A stretch of 59,097 bases of DNA from Eubacteriales bacterium (GCA_045536065.1 JAZSMV010000019.1:1-59097), one strand, 5' to 3'. Counted from the first letter of the stretch, positions 33,723 through 44,060 are shown. Made by a program: numbers and translations. Notes: generated from the sequence alone by a model not told the origin.

Positions 33723-35477
33723 ATGATCAGATGCAAAAAATGCGGATACCGAAACCCGAGATATGACACAGTCTGTCCCGAGTGCTCCACCATCTATGAG
33801 CTTACCGAGAGCGAATGCTCCGAGCTTATGGCAGAGGCGGAAAAGCTGCTTGACAGAAATGATTTTATCCGTGCGGTAAATATATACAAGCTCTTGGCTT
33901 CGGTTGGCAACAGAGATGGTGAAAGAGAGCTGGCTCTCGTTCTGGAGCGTGGTGTTCTGCTGCCCAGAGATTACGAGGCGGCAATTCAGTACTATGCCTC
34001 TGCGGCAGTAAAGGGCGACGCATATTCCGCATATAAGCACTCACGCACGCTGGTCGGCAACGATTCGCTTGCTGATTTCTGGCTTGCATACTCGGCTCTT
34101 ATGGGCTGCAAGGAGGCATATCCCGATGCCTTCGTCCTCTATTCCAAATATAAAGAGAGGGGCACTGCGGCATACTATTGCTCGCAGATAGCCGAGGAGG
34201 AGGACACCGACGCTATAATCGAAATGGCAAGACGTCATCTCTACGGCGACGGCGTTGAGCAGGATGAGAGAATGGCGAAGTGGTATATGGAGCGCATTGA
34301 CCGTGTTCCCCTTCACGCTCTGAAGCTTCAGCGCAGACTTCAGGCGGTTGCGGGCAGAGCGGTAAGACCCGAGCTTCCCAGATTTACCGAAAAGAACAGA
34401 ATTATAGAAAAGCTTATTGCTGCGGCTAAAAAGCACGGCTTCAATAAGGTTCTCCTCTCCCTCTGTCAGCTTTATGCAGAGAACGGAACGAAAAACTCGG
34501 GCGTTTTCCTCGCCCTGCTTCACATCGAGGGCATCGAGTTCCAGCAGAACGTGGAGCTTGGTATCTCTATGCTTGAGGATGCTGTCCGTGAGGGATCGGT
34601 GATCGGCTCCAAGCTTCTCGGCGACCTTTATGCCGGCGGAGAGTACGTTGACGTGGACAATCGCAAGGCGGTTCACTATTACAGACAGGCTGCCGCTCTC
34701 GGCGGCGAGGGCGAGTACGAAAGCCTTGGCGACATTTTCCACCACGGCGGTATCACCGAGCCTGATTATGCTCTCGCACTCTCGCTTTACGAAAAGGGGG
34801 CGGAGGCAGGCAGCTTTGGCTGTCAGAGAAAGCTTAATATGATGCACGAGGAGCGTGAAAGATTTTACATAGAGGCCACAAGGCTTGAGCGCAGCGCTCC
34901 CGACGAGGCGTTTATCCTCTTCAAAAAGTCGGTTGAGGCAGGCTATCTGCCCGCACACGCAAGGATAGGCTGGTATTACGAAAGAGGTATTGGCACAAGG
35001 GTTGACCGCAAGGCAGCCTTCAATCACTACAAGGCGGCATACGAGGCGGGCGACAAGAGAGCTATCGAGAGCCTTGGCAGATGCTATGCAAGAGGAATCG
35101 GTACGGCATTTAACTTTGATAAAGCATCCGAGCTTCTGTCGGTGGCGAGAGAAATGGGCTCCCACTCGGCAGACAGAGAGCTGTTCAGGATCTATGAAAA
35201 TAAAAAGCGTCACATGATCCGCTCGCTCTACTCAACCGCAACAAGACTTTATTATCAGAGAAAATACGACGTGGCACGCAGTATGCTTGAGGTATGTATG
35301 CAGCTGGGACTTGGCGAGGCCACCTATTCCATAGGCTGTCTTTATGAGTTCGGTATCACCACCGAGCCGGACAGAAAGACCGCACTTCGCTTCTACAAGA
35401 AGGCCTATGAGCAGGGCTATTCCGACCCAAGACAGTATCACAAGCAGAGCATGCTCCGTATCTGGAAGCAGAGCTGA
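33723..35477 (+). CDS. zinc-ribbon plus Sel1-like (SLR/TPR) repeat protein
   Basis: 584-aa ORF. The N-terminus is CKKCGYRNPRYDTVCPEC. More than ten ~36-aa repeats follow, of the form A..YY..AA..G...A...LG..Y..G.G. Confidence 0.8.
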   Translation: MIRCKKCGYRNPRYDTVCPECSTIYELTESECSELMAEAEKLLDRNDFIRAVNIYKLLASVGNRDGERELALVLERGVLLPRDYEAAIQYYASAAVKGDAYSAYKHSRTLVGNDSLADFWLAYSALMGCKEAYPDAFVLYSKYKERGTAAYYCSQIAEEEDTDAIIEMARRHLYGDGVEQDERMAKWYMERIDRVPLHALKLQRRLQAVAGRAVRPELPRFTEKNRIIEKLIAAAKKHGFNKVLLSLCQLYAENGTKNSGVFLALLHIEGIEFQQNVELGISMLEDAVREGSVIGSKLLGDLYAGGEYVDVDNRKAVHYYRQAAALGGEGEYESLGDIFHHGGITEPDYALALSLYEKGAEAGSFGCQRKLNMMHEERERFYIEATRLERSAPDEAFILFKKSVEAGYLPAHARIGWYYERGIGTRVDRKAAFNHYKAAYEAGDKRAIESLGRCYARGIGTAFNFDKASELLSVAREMGSHSADRELFRIYENKKRHMIRSLYSTATRLYYQRKYDVARSMLEVCMQLGLGEATYSIGCLYEFGITTEPDRKTALRFYKKAYEQGYSDPRQYHKQSMLRIWKQS

Positions 35478-35525
35478 ATATAAAAAGAAGGCAGGATTTC
35501 CTGCCTTCTTTTCTTTTATGAATTA

Positions 35526-37214
35526 TTATTTATCAAGAGGATATGCACGTCTGTCATCAAGAGTGCTTACCTTAAGGTCGGGCCAATCAACGATGATCTC
35601 GGTGAAGATGCTCATATATGCACGCATAGTGAAGTATTCCTCATCATAGAAGCTGAACAGCTCGTCTTTACACTCCTCAACAAGCTCCTTATACTCCTCA
35701 TCGGAGTAGTCGTCCTTCTCCTTACCCTCGTAATCCATATACTGAGCGATGTATTCGTCAAGATATTCCTGACGGATGGTCTCGATTTCCTCAGCAAGTC
35801 TTTCGTCGCTGGGAAGAAGGTTCTCTTCTCTCATAATGTAGAACATTACAAGTCTCTCTCTGGTGTTATCCTCAGCAAGAGCAGTAATGTACTCCTGCCA
35901 CTTCTGAGTGGAGGGAAGACCGAGATATGCGGGAATGTAGGTCTCAAGGGTCTCGTAAGTGGTATATTTACCGGTAGAGTTACTGTAAACCTGTCCGCCG
36001 GAGGCAATGAACTGCATTCTCATCTCGTCCATGAAGTCCTCGTAGATCTCCTCTACAACGTAGCCGGGGTACTTCTTAGCCTTGGAGATCTTTTCATAGT
36101 GAGCCCAGACAGCATCCTCAACAAGAGAGAGGTAGGTGGTCTCATAGATCTCATCAAGAGTCTTGTTTACGAAGTCGTAGTACTTATCAACAAGGGTTTC
36201 ACCCTCGTACTCGTTAAGCTTCTCGAGAGTAAGAGCGATCTCCTCATTCTCGATCTTATCGGTGAGATACTCATCGGTGAACTCAGGGCAAATATAGTCT
36301 ACGATGCCCTCAACGTAAACCTCAAAGTATGCGGTCTCGTTACGGAGATCGGTCTTGGAGTAGTCGTAGGGGAAGTAGCACTCGATAACCATAGGATTGG
36401 TCTCGCACTCGGTGGTGAAGTTAATGGTAAGATCGGAGTAAAGAACCTCCTTGTCGTTAAGAGTAGCAACAATATCCTTTTTGTTACCGAAGCCAATCTC
36501 AAGGAGCTTCGCCTTAAATCCTGCGCCGTAGATTGCGTCAAGGTCGGTGGAGAGATCCATTCTAACGTTCTTGAAGGTCTGATCCTTTTCTTCCTTGGAT
36601 GCGGCCTTAATGGTATAGGTTACGTAAGCGATCTGATCCTCGGTGATCTCACCCTCAATGATCTTCTCAAACTTGGAGTAATCGCCGGTGTTAAGGCCAA
36701 CAAGTCCAAGCTCAAAGCCGGGAACGAAGTTGTTGGAGCCGATGCTGAGCGCATAGGTTCCTGCATCACCGAAGTTGCACATATTGTCAACGACGATCTC
36801 CTTGCCCTCCTCATCAAGCAGATAGCCACGGTACCATATGTTTACGGTATCGCCTGCGCTGATGGTGTAAGCAGAGGTAATGGTAGAGCCTGCGAACTTC
36901 TCGTTAAGCTCTCTGTCGGAATAGATAAGATTAAGTACGGTAATGTCTGCGTCGATCTCGTGGGGCTTTGCAACGTCGATCTCGATCTTAAAATCCTTGT
37001 AGCTGCCGTCAAGCTCAACGTACTTACTAAGGTCGGACTTAAGATAATCAAATCCGTAGTCCTTCTGTACCGCCTGGATTATCATTATAACACCTGCGGC
37101 AATAAGCACGGCAACAAGCAGAGCTGCTGTAATTATAATGGCAAGATTCTTTTCGGAAATTCTCTTCTTGCCCTCTTCATTTTCTTTGTTGATCTTCTTT
37201 ACGTTTTCACTCAT
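35526..37214 (-). CDS. membrane-anchored trigger-factor-like FKBP-type PPIase
   Basis: 562-aa ORF with an N-terminal TM helix. The FKBP-like segment GDTVNIWYRGYL.DEEGKE...SIGSNNFVPGFELGLVGL resembles the trigger-factor PPIase domain. Confidence 0.6.
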   Translation of the reverse strand: MSENVKKINKENEEGKKRISEKNLAIIITAALLVAVLIAAGVIMIIQAVQKDYGFDYLKSDLSKYVELDGSYKDFKIEIDVAKPHEIDADITVLNLIYSDRELNEKFAGSTITSAYTISAGDTVNIWYRGYLLDEEGKEIVVDNMCNFGDAGTYALSIGSNNFVPGFELGLVGLNTGDYSKFEKIIEGEITEDQIAYVTYTIKAASKEEKDQTFKNVRMDLSTDLDAIYGAGFKAKLLEIGFGNKKDIVATLNDKEVLYSDLTINFTTECETNPMVIECYFPYDYSKTDLRNETAYFEVYVEGIVDYICPEFTDEYLTDKIENEEIALTLEKLNEYEGETLVDKYYDFVNKTLDEIYETTYLSLVEDAVWAHYEKISKAKKYPGYVVEEIYEDFMDEMRMQFIASGGQVYSNSTGKYTTYETLETYIPAYLGLPSTQKWQEYITALAEDNTRERLVMFYIMREENLLPSDERLAEEIETIRQEYLDEYIAQYMDYEGKEKDDYSDEEYKELVEECKDELFSFYDEEYFTMRAYMSIFTEIIVDWPDLKVSTLDDRRAYPLDK

Positions 37215-37252
37215 TGCAGTAAAAACCTTTCATTATTAATATATTAATATAA

Positions 37253-37687
37253 TCAAACGAAGGAGTCGGCAAAGGCGGTAGCCAGCTTGTCGCATCTTTC
37301 GTTATAATCGTGACCGTTATGTCCCTTTACCCACACAAAGCTGACCTTGTGTATATTGGTAAGAGCATAAAGCTTTTCCCAAAGGTCGGGATTCTTAAGC
37401 TCCTCACGGCCACGGCGCCAGCCTGCAGCCTGCCAGGAGTCCACCCAGCCGTTAAGATATGCGTCAACGATATATTTTGAATCCGAGTAGAGAGTTACCT
37501 CGCAGGGCTCCTTAAGTGCGGATAGACCCTTTATTGCTGCGGTAAGCTCCATACGGTTATTCGTAGTTTCCCTCTCGCCGCCGGACAGCTCCTTTTCGTA
37601 AGCACCGTAGACGAGTATAGCTCCCCAACCGCCCTTGCCGGGATTACCCCTGCAGGCGCCGTCGGTATAAAGCTGAACCTTTTTCAT
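37253..37687 (-). CDS. rnhA: ribonuclease HI
   Basis: 144-aa ORF with [24 protein letters not shown] and [14 protein letters not shown] motifs. Confidence 0.93.
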   Translation of the reverse strand: MKKVQLYTDGACRGNPGKGGWGAILVYGAYEKELSGGERETTNNRMELTAAIKGLSALKEPCEVTLYSDSKYIVDAYLNGWVDSWQAAGWRRGREELKNPDLWEKLYALTNIHKVSFVWVKGHNGHDYNERCDKLATAFADSFV

Positions 37688-37781
37688 AAGCTAAAAGGCC
37701 CTTTCTTTTCTGTAGTTACAAGAAAACGGACGAAGGTTATTCGTCCGTTCTCTTTCAGTCCTTTCGGGACGGTAATGTCTA

Positions 37782-40094
37782 TTATTCTGCGTCAGCTTCT
37801 TCAGCAATGATAGTGTACTTAACAGTTCTGAAGTCGATGAAGCATCCGTCGTCGGTGTACTTGTACTCGCTTACACCCTCAGCCTCGTTCATCTGAACGT
37901 TTGCACTGGTAAGGTAGTAGAAGAGTCTGTTAACCTGGAATGCCATACGAAGGTTAAGCTCGCCGTAATCGTCGCAAAGCTGTCTGTAGTAGGTAGAACC
38001 GACTTCCTTCTTGTAATCCTTCATGTAGTCGTCGTCAACAAGGAACTTGTCTGCGTCGGCACGAGCGGACTCGATGTTCTCCTTAGCGGTCTCCTCAAGC
38101 TCAGCGATCTTCTCGTCAGCCATATCGCCGTAGAGTTCTCTGATGGAATCCTCGTCTACCTCGTAAACGCCACCCTTGATGTCAAGCTCAACGTAGCCGT
38201 TCTCACCGGAGAGAGCCTTAACAGCATCAGTCTTGCATGCCTGAGCAACGATGAATACCTTGATCATGGGCTCAAGTGCTTCCTTAGCTTCCTTCTCGAT
38301 AGCAGCATCGATCTTATCCTCGCCAACTACCTTAAGAGTCTTCTCAAGATAGTTCTGAAGATTGCCGTACTCCTCACGGTTAGAGGTGTCCTTATCGAAG
38401 TCGCCCTTGTAGAACTCGTACTCATAGGACTCGTAGATGTGCTCGCAGTACTCCTCGAGGAGATCCTCGGGATAGGAGTTAACAGTTACAGACTCATCGA
38501 TAAGCTCCCAAACTGCCTTCTGAACATTCTTTACGATCTCGCTGTCGTAAGAGGTCTTAAGGTTGTAGAAGGTATCATCAACGTACTCGTTGAAGATCTC
38601 GGTACCAAGGTTCTTATCACCGCTGGTAGCAGCAGCGATCTTGGTCATAACACCCTTGAGGAGCTCAGCCTGAGCATCTGCAAGAGCTTCCTTAGCATCG
38701 TTGATAGCGGTCTTCTGAGCGGTAGTGGGCTTTTCGCCGCCATCCTCAACTGCCTTGTTGTAAGCATCGAGGAGCTTCTTAAGATCGGAATCTGCCTTGT
38801 AGAACTCGTTGTTCTCCTTCTTGGTATCGTAGATGTCTGCAATATCAGCAAGAAGATCGTCTATGCTCTCCTCGCCGTTCTTAAAGGTCTTATCCTTAAG
38901 AATATCAAAGGACTTAGCGGTAAGAGAATTGCCGAATACATAGTAGAGAAGCTGGTAAGCTGTGATCTCATTGTATGCGGGAGTATTGATAGCGTATACA
39001 GGATATACGTAGTAGGTAAGCTCCTTATTCATAAGGTCTACCTTGGTTGCGGAGTTGTAGAGAGAGGAGGGTGCAGTCTCCTTCTTTGCGGGCTTCTCTG
39101 CATCGTCGGTGTAGGGGGTGTACTTAAAGGTTGCGATAGGATCGCACTCACCCTCTACCTTCCAGAGAATCTTAACGTCGCTGTAGGTGTAGGTAACATC
39201 ACCCTCGGTAACGTTGAAGGTCTTCTTGGTCTTTACAGTATTGTCAACCTTGGTATCGAATACCTCGAGAGTAGAACCAACGTTAGCTACGGAATCGCTA
39301 GCAAGGAAGTAACTGTGAAGAGTGTTCTCGGGATCAAGGGTGATAAGCTCATAGGAAGCCTTCTCGGTAACCTTGCTCTCTACGCCGTCAGTGGTCTTGG
39401 TGTAGGTACGGGTGTAAGAAATGTAGATCTTATCGCCTGCCTTAACCTTGATAGCCTCAGCCTTTGCGTTCTTGATCTCATCAGCGGTAGCGTCGGGCTT
39501 GGACTCCTTAAGGTCCTCCTCTGCTCTGGTCTGAAGATCAGAAGCGGTAAGCATCTCATATACGTTGGTAAGAGCGTTAGCGTTAAGATTGTCCTTAACG
39601 AGCTTAACAAACTCGTTGTAATCCTTCTTCTCGAAGAAATCACCGAGGCTGAGCACGTGGTTAGCCTTAGTGGAAGAAGCGGTAATGCTGGACTTGTTCA
39701 TATTGTCAACGAAGAAGTAGTTAGCGTCGTCGGCAGGAGTGCCATCCTCGTTAACCTTATCTACTGCGTAGTATACGAAGTAAAGTACAGCGCCTGCGGA
39801 GAGCTCGCCGCTCTTAACCCAGTCTTCCTCGTCGGTGTCTGCTACGATCTTGTTAGCAACAGTGTTATAAATGTTAGCTTCAACAATGCTCTTTCTGGTA
39901 TCAGCATCGGTTGTAAAGCTGCCATCCTCGATCTCGAGCTTGCCAAGTGCTTCCTTGAACTTGCCGTAATCGAAGTCGGCGTAATCGTTGAGCTTCTCAT
40001 CTGCAAAATCAAAGCCACCACAGCTTGTCAGTGCAAGAAGAGACATCACAACAGTAAGAATTAATGCAACAATTCTCTTTTTCATGTCTTTCAT
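37782..40094 (-). CDS. large acidic lipoprotein of unknown function
   Basis: 770-aa ORF with a signal peptide and lipobox LTSCGG. It is very D/E/K/Y-rich and carries no catalytic motif I recognise. Confidence 0.65.
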   Translation of the reverse strand: MKDMKKRIVALILTVVMSLLALTSCGGFDFADEKLNDYADFDYGKFKEALGKLEIEDGSFTTDADTRKSIVEANIYNTVANKIVADTDEEDWVKSGELSAGAVLYFVYYAVDKVNEDGTPADDANYFFVDNMNKSSITASSTKANHVLSLGDFFEKKDYNEFVKLVKDNLNANALTNVYEMLTASDLQTRAEEDLKESKPDATADEIKNAKAEAIKVKAGDKIYISYTRTYTKTTDGVESKVTEKASYELITLDPENTLHSYFLASDSVANVGSTLEVFDTKVDNTVKTKKTFNVTEGDVTYTYSDVKILWKVEGECDPIATFKYTPYTDDAEKPAKKETAPSSLYNSATKVDLMNKELTYYVYPVYAINTPAYNEITAYQLLYYVFGNSLTAKSFDILKDKTFKNGEESIDDLLADIADIYDTKKENNEFYKADSDLKKLLDAYNKAVEDGGEKPTTAQKTAINDAKEALADAQAELLKGVMTKIAAATSGDKNLGTEIFNEYVDDTFYNLKTSYDSEIVKNVQKAVWELIDESVTVNSYPEDLLEEYCEHIYESYEYEFYKGDFDKDTSNREEYGNLQNYLEKTLKVVGEDKIDAAIEKEAKEALEPMIKVFIVAQACKTDAVKALSGENGYVELDIKGGVYEVDEDSIRELYGDMADEKIAELEETAKENIESARADADKFLVDDDYMKDYKKEVGSTYYRQLCDDYGELNLRMAFQVNRLFYYLTSANVQMNEAEGVSEYKYTDDGCFIDFRTVKYTIIAEEADAE

Positions 40095-40340
40095 CCTTGT
40101 AAAAAATGTATTTCAAATTCCGTGCCATACGACACGATTAAATTGATCAAAGTCAGCGGATATTTTTGCTTATCGTACAATCCGCTGAACTATTATAGCA
40201 TACAAAATATGAAAATGCAAATGTTTTTTCGATTTTTTTAAAATTTTTTTATTTTATTAATATTTTATAGTTTTTTTGCATATAAAAAGCACAAAAATAG
40301 AGCTATAATTCCTAACTTTGACCAAAAAGCGATTTTGTTC

Positions 40341-40369
40341 TTGACAAAACTCTCTTAACATTGTATAAT
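40341..40369 (+). promoter_or_regulatory. sigma-A-type promoter for trpS
   Basis: TTGACA (40341-40346), 17-nt spacer, TATAAT (40364-40369) with a TG extension. Confidence 0.65.
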
Positions 40370-40420
40370 TCTTTAGTAAGAAATAAGATATTATACACCA
40401 ATTCGGAAGGATATATTATA

Positions 40421-41416
40421 ATGAACGGCGACAAGAAAATTGTTTTCTCGGGTGTTCAGCCCTCGGGAAACCTTACCATAGGAAATTACCTCGGAGCGAT
40501 CAAGAATTTCTCCCGCTTCAGCGAGGATTATAAGACCTTTTACTGCGTTGTTGACCTTCACGCCATCACCGTAAGACAGGTTCCCGCTGAGCTTCGCAGA
40601 AGAACCTACGAGACCCTTGCTCTTTACATGGCTTGCGGCCTTGATCCCCAAAAGAATACACTTTTCGTTCAGTCCCACGTGCCCGCTCACGCAGAGCTTG
40701 GCTGGATGCTCGACTGCTACACCATGTTCGGTGAGCTTTCCCGTATGACACAGTTCAAGGATAAGAGCCAGAAGCACTCTCAGAACATCAACGCAGGTCT
40801 CTTTACCTACCCTACTCTCATGGCGGCGGATATTCTCCTCTACCAGACCGACGTGGTACCCGTAGGTGTTGACCAGAAGCAGCATCTTGAGCTTGCCCGT
40901 GATATTGCCGAGAGATTTAACCAGATCTACGGCCCCACCTTTACCGTTCCCGAGGGATATATGTCCACCGACACAATGAAGATTATGTCGCTGGCAGAGC
41001 CCACCTCCAAGATGTCCAAGTCCGACACCAATCAGAACGCTGTCGTATATATTCTCGACTCCAAGGATGACGTTATGCGTAAGTTCAAGAAGGCGGTTAC
41101 CGACTCCGACGCTTGCGTGAGATATGCCGAGGACAAGCCCGGCGTATCCAACCTTATGAGCATCTACCGTGCCTTTACGGGTAAGAGCTTTGATGAGATC
41201 GAGCGTGAGTTTGACGGCCGTGGCTACGGTGACTTCAAGCTCGCCGTCGGCGAGGCATGCGCAGACGGTCTTGCACCTGTAAGAGATGAGTTTGCACGTC
41301 TTATGGCGGACAAGGCACAGCTCGAGCAGATCATGAAGGCAGGAGCAGACGAGGCGGCTTACTATGCTCGCAAAACCATGTCTAAGGTACGCAGAAAGAT
41401 AGGTTTTGTAAACTAA
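40421..41416 (+). CDS. trpS: tryptophan--tRNA ligase
   Basis: The ATG at 40421 gives MNGDKKIVFSGVQPSGNLTIGNYLG (HIGH-region equivalent). KMSKS is present. Confidence 0.95.
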   Translation: MNGDKKIVFSGVQPSGNLTIGNYLGAIKNFSRFSEDYKTFYCVVDLHAITVRQVPAELRRRTYETLALYMACGLDPQKNTLFVQSHVPAHAELGWMLDCYTMFGELSRMTQFKDKSQKHSQNINAGLFTYPTLMAADILLYQTDVVPVGVDQKQHLELARDIAERFNQIYGPTFTVPEGYMSTDTMKIMSLAEPTSKMSKSDTNQNAVVYILDSKDDVMRKFKKAVTDSDACVRYAEDKPGVSNLMSIYRAFTGKSFDEIEREFDGRGYGDFKLAVGEACADGLAPVRDEFARLMADKAQLEQIMKAGADEAAYYARKTMSKVRRKIGFVN

Positions 41417-41481
41417 AGATTGCAAAATAAGGCAAAAAGCGATTGTTTTCCAAACAGTCGCTTTTTTGAAAGGTATATAAA

Positions 41482-42045
41482 ATGAGATATATTCTTGCAT
41501 CAAAATCACCGAGAAGACGTGAGCTTATCGGCGAGATAATAAAGGATTTTGAGATCATCACCCGTGAGGTTGATGAGAGTCTTCCCGAGGGTATTCACCC
41601 GAGAGAGGGTGTTGAAATATTGGCTGTCAGAAAGGGAGAGGTAATTGCCGACGAGGTTGGAGGCGATGCAGTTGTTATTTCCTCTGACACGCTGGTAGAA
41701 ATTGACGGTATTCCTCTCGGCAAGCCTGTCGACGAGGCAGATGCCTGCGCTATGCTCCGCTCGCTCTCAGGCAGGGCACACAACGTTCACACAGGCGTTG
41801 CGGTTCATTACAAGGAAAAATGCTTCAGCGGTGTTGCAAGCACTGCGGTTTACTTCAGAGAGATGACCGAGGACGAGATCTACGACTACGTGGCATCCGG
41901 CGATCCTATGGACAAGGCCGGCAGCTACGGTATTCAGTCGGGCGGAGGTAAATTCGTTGAGAAAATCGACGGCGACTACGACACGGTTGTAGGTCTGTCG
42001 GTCAGACTGACAAAAGAACTTATTAACGAGGCGCTCAATGACTAA
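41482..42045 (+). CDS. maf: Maf-family nucleoside-triphosphate pyrophosphatase
   Basis: 187-aa ORF with ILASKSPRRREL, ISSDT and KAGSYGIQ motifs. Confidence 0.9.
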   Translation: MRYILASKSPRRRELIGEIIKDFEIITREVDESLPEGIHPREGVEILAVRKGEVIADEVGGDAVVISSDTLVEIDGIPLGKPVDEADACAMLRSLSGRAHNVHTGVAVHYKEKCFSGVASTAVYFREMTEDEIYDYVASGDPMDKAGSYGIQSGGGKFVEKIDGDYDTVVGLSVRLTKELINEALND

Positions 42046-42700
42046 GGCAGAGAAAAGAAAAAGACTTTCCGAGATTGTGGAAAGACTAAAAGAAATATAT
42101 CCCGAGGCTGAGTGCGCTCTGCACTACGGCGGCGATCCCTGGAAGCTGCTCGTTATGGGCAGGCTTTCGGCGCAATGCACCGATGCAAGAGTAAATATCG
42201 TCTGCGAGGAACTTTTTGAAAAATTCCCTACCCCGCTTGACATGGCAAACGGCGACATCGCCGAGATCGAGCGCATTGTAAAGCCCTGCGGACTTTACAG
42301 AATGAAGGCCGACAACATCCGTGAGGCGAGCCGTATGCTTATCACCGACTTTGACGGCAGACTTCCCGACAATATGGATGATCTCTTAAAGCTTCCCGGC
42401 GTGGGCAGAAAGATTGCGAATCTTCTGCTCGGTGACGTATTCGGCAAGGAGGCGATCGTTTGCGACACCCATTGCATACGCATTTGCGGAAGGCTTGGAA
42501 TGTATCCCGAAAAGGAGAAGGATCCCACGAAGATCGAAAAGATTCTCAGTGAGCTTATTGATTTGAAGGAGGGTAGCGATTTCTGTCACAGAATAGTGCT
42601 TTTCGGCAGAGAGATCTGCGGCGCAAGATCGCCTATGTGCGACAGCTGTCCCCTCTCCGATCTGTGTCAGAAATACATAAAAGAGCATGGAAAAGATTAA
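42038..42700 (+). CDS. nth: endonuclease III
   Basis: 220-aa ORF. HhH motif LPGVGRKIANLLL, plus a C-terminal 4Fe-4S cluster C-x6-C-x2-C-x5-C. Confidence 0.9.
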   Translation: MTKAEKRKRLSEIVERLKEIYPEAECALHYGGDPWKLLVMGRLSAQCTDARVNIVCEELFEKFPTPLDMANGDIAEIERIVKPCGLYRMKADNIREASRMLITDFDGRLPDNMDDLLKLPGVGRKIANLLLGDVFGKEAIVCDTHCIRICGRLGMYPEKEKDPTKIEKILSELIDLKEGSDFCHRIVLFGREICGARSPMCDSCPLSDLCQKYIKEHGKD

Positions 42701-43277
42701 AATTTCGCTGCCCATAATAGTTGAGGGCAGGTATGACAAAAGCACCCTTTCCGGCTTTGTCGACGCTACGGTTATAACAACAGGCGGCTTCTCTATATTT
42801 AATAATAAGGAAAAGCAGACTCTGATAAGACGTATCGGAAGCAAGGGAATTATCATTCTCACCGACTCCGACGGAGGCGGAAAGCAGATCAGAAAATTTC
42901 TATCGGGAATACTCCCAAAGGAGAAGATCCACCACCTTTATATACCTCAGATCGAGGGCAAGGAGAGTCGCAAAAGAAAGCCTTCCGCAAGCGGAAATCT
43001 CGGCGTTGAGGGTATGGAAAAGGATGTGCTCATCCGACTGCTTACCCCTTTTGTAGATGGCGAAAAGGCGCAAAAAGGGGGTAAAATGATAACTAAAGTT
43101 GACTTTTTCACCGATAAACTCACAGGATGCGAGGGTGCAGTTGAAAACAGACGTAAAATTTGCGAGGTCTGTGATCTCCCGCAGGATATGACCCCCAACG
43201 CTCTTCTTGAGACGTTAAATCTCCTCTATGGCTATGACGAATACAAGAGGTTAGTCGAGAAATTTATTACAAAATAA
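42687..43277 (+). CDS. Toprim-domain protein (RNase M5-like / DUF4093 type)
   Basis: 196-aa ORF with IIVEGRYD and ILTDSDGGGKQIR Toprim motifs. Confidence 0.7.
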   Translation: MEKIKISLPIIVEGRYDKSTLSGFVDATVITTGGFSIFNNKEKQTLIRRIGSKGIIILTDSDGGGKQIRKFLSGILPKEKIHHLYIPQIEGKESRKRKPSASGNLGVEGMEKDVLIRLLTPFVDGEKAQKGGKMITKVDFFTDKLTGCEGAVENRRKICEVCDLPQDMTPNALLETLNLLYGYDEYKRLVEKFITK

Positions 43278-43286
43278 GCTACAAAC

Positions 43287-43345
43287 AAAAAAGAGCCCTT
43301 TTGCGCACCTGCTCTATCGTTGGTGTGCCAAGCGGCTCTTTTTTT
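43287..43345. terminator. bidirectional composite stem-loop
   Basis: AAAAAAGAGCC (43287-43297) ... GGCTCTTTTTT (43334-43344), with an inner helix GCGCACC/GGTGTGC. Confidence 0.6.
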
Positions 43346-43370
43346 ATTACGATTCTAACTAAGCCTTTTA

Positions 43371-44060
43371 TTACAGCTCGACAGCCTTAAAGGGCTCGAG
43401 TATCAGCTTGTCATCAAAATCAAATTCATCGGGAGTAGTATCGTCGGTGGTGCCGTAGTGAACGGGAATAGCGCACTTTGCGTCGATCTCATAAGCGAAG
43501 TCGGCGGCATCGGGAGCGTTCATATTATTACCTTTGCCGTTGATGGGAAGAAAGGCAAAATCAACTCCGTCGGGAGCAAGATCAAGCACGTCGTCGATCA
43601 CGTCATAGTTATAGATGGTGTCACCGCTGATGTAGAAGGTCTGTCTGCCGTCGTCAATAATAAAGCCCACGGCCTCTCTGTCGGAATGCTCTGCGTGAAC
43701 CGAATAGAAGGTAACGCCTCTCTCGCTCCAGACCGAGTGAGGAGCCATAAGCACGCAGTTGTGCTGACCGAAGGCGTTTTCAAGCTTTCCGTACACCGAG
43801 GGAGCCGCAAGAATAAGCGCAGGTGTGCTGCAGCCCGCAAGAACTCTCTCAAGGGTCGCCATATCGCAATGATCAATATGAGAGTGGGTGATCAGTATCA
43901 CGTCGGGAGATGCGTTAAAATAGCTCTCGTCCGCTTCGATGCGTCTTTTCTTCTCGGGCTTTATCTCTCCGAGAGAATCGGTGAGGTAGGGATCGACCAT
44001 TATTTTTATATTATCATTTTCAAGCAGAAGTCCTGCCTGTGTAAGCCAAGTAACCTTCAT
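43371..44060 (-). CDS. MBL-fold metallo-hydrolase
   Basis: 229-aa ORF with the HSHIDHCD motif. Confidence 0.85.
   Translation of the reverse strand: MKVTWLTQAGLLLENDNIKIMVDPYLTDSLGEIKPEKKRRIEADESYFNASPDVILITHSHIDHCDMATLERVLAGCSTPALILAAPSVYGKLENAFGQHNCVLMAPHSVWSERGVTFYSVHAEHSDREAVGFIIDDGRQTFYISGDTIYNYDVIDDVLDLAPDGVDFAFLPINGKGNNMNAPDAADFAYEIDAKCAIPVHYGTTDDTTPDEFDFDDKLILEPFKAVEL

Noticed and set aside
34041-35213. 390-aa ORF antisense to the Sel1-repeat gene
   Set aside because: It is a shadow ORF. The sense strand shows the clear periodic Sel1 repeat pattern and has a promoter and RBS, and the antisense strand does not.
36099-40064. 382-aa and 541-aa ORFs antisense to the two large acidic envelope proteins
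   Set aside because: The sense genes have signal peptide/lipobox, RBS and coherent composition. The antisense translations are L/V/I/G-rich low-complexity strings with no start context.
40095-40420. Possible T-box leader upstream of trpS
   Set aside because: There is no T-box motif (AANNNGGGTGGTACCGCG-like), no specifier or antiterminator architecture and no terminator. The consensus promoter lies only about 50 nt from the start codon.
40391-41509. 372-aa ORF antisense to trpS
   Set aside because: trpS is unambiguous (KMSKS and the HIGH region are present). The antisense ORF is a shadow.
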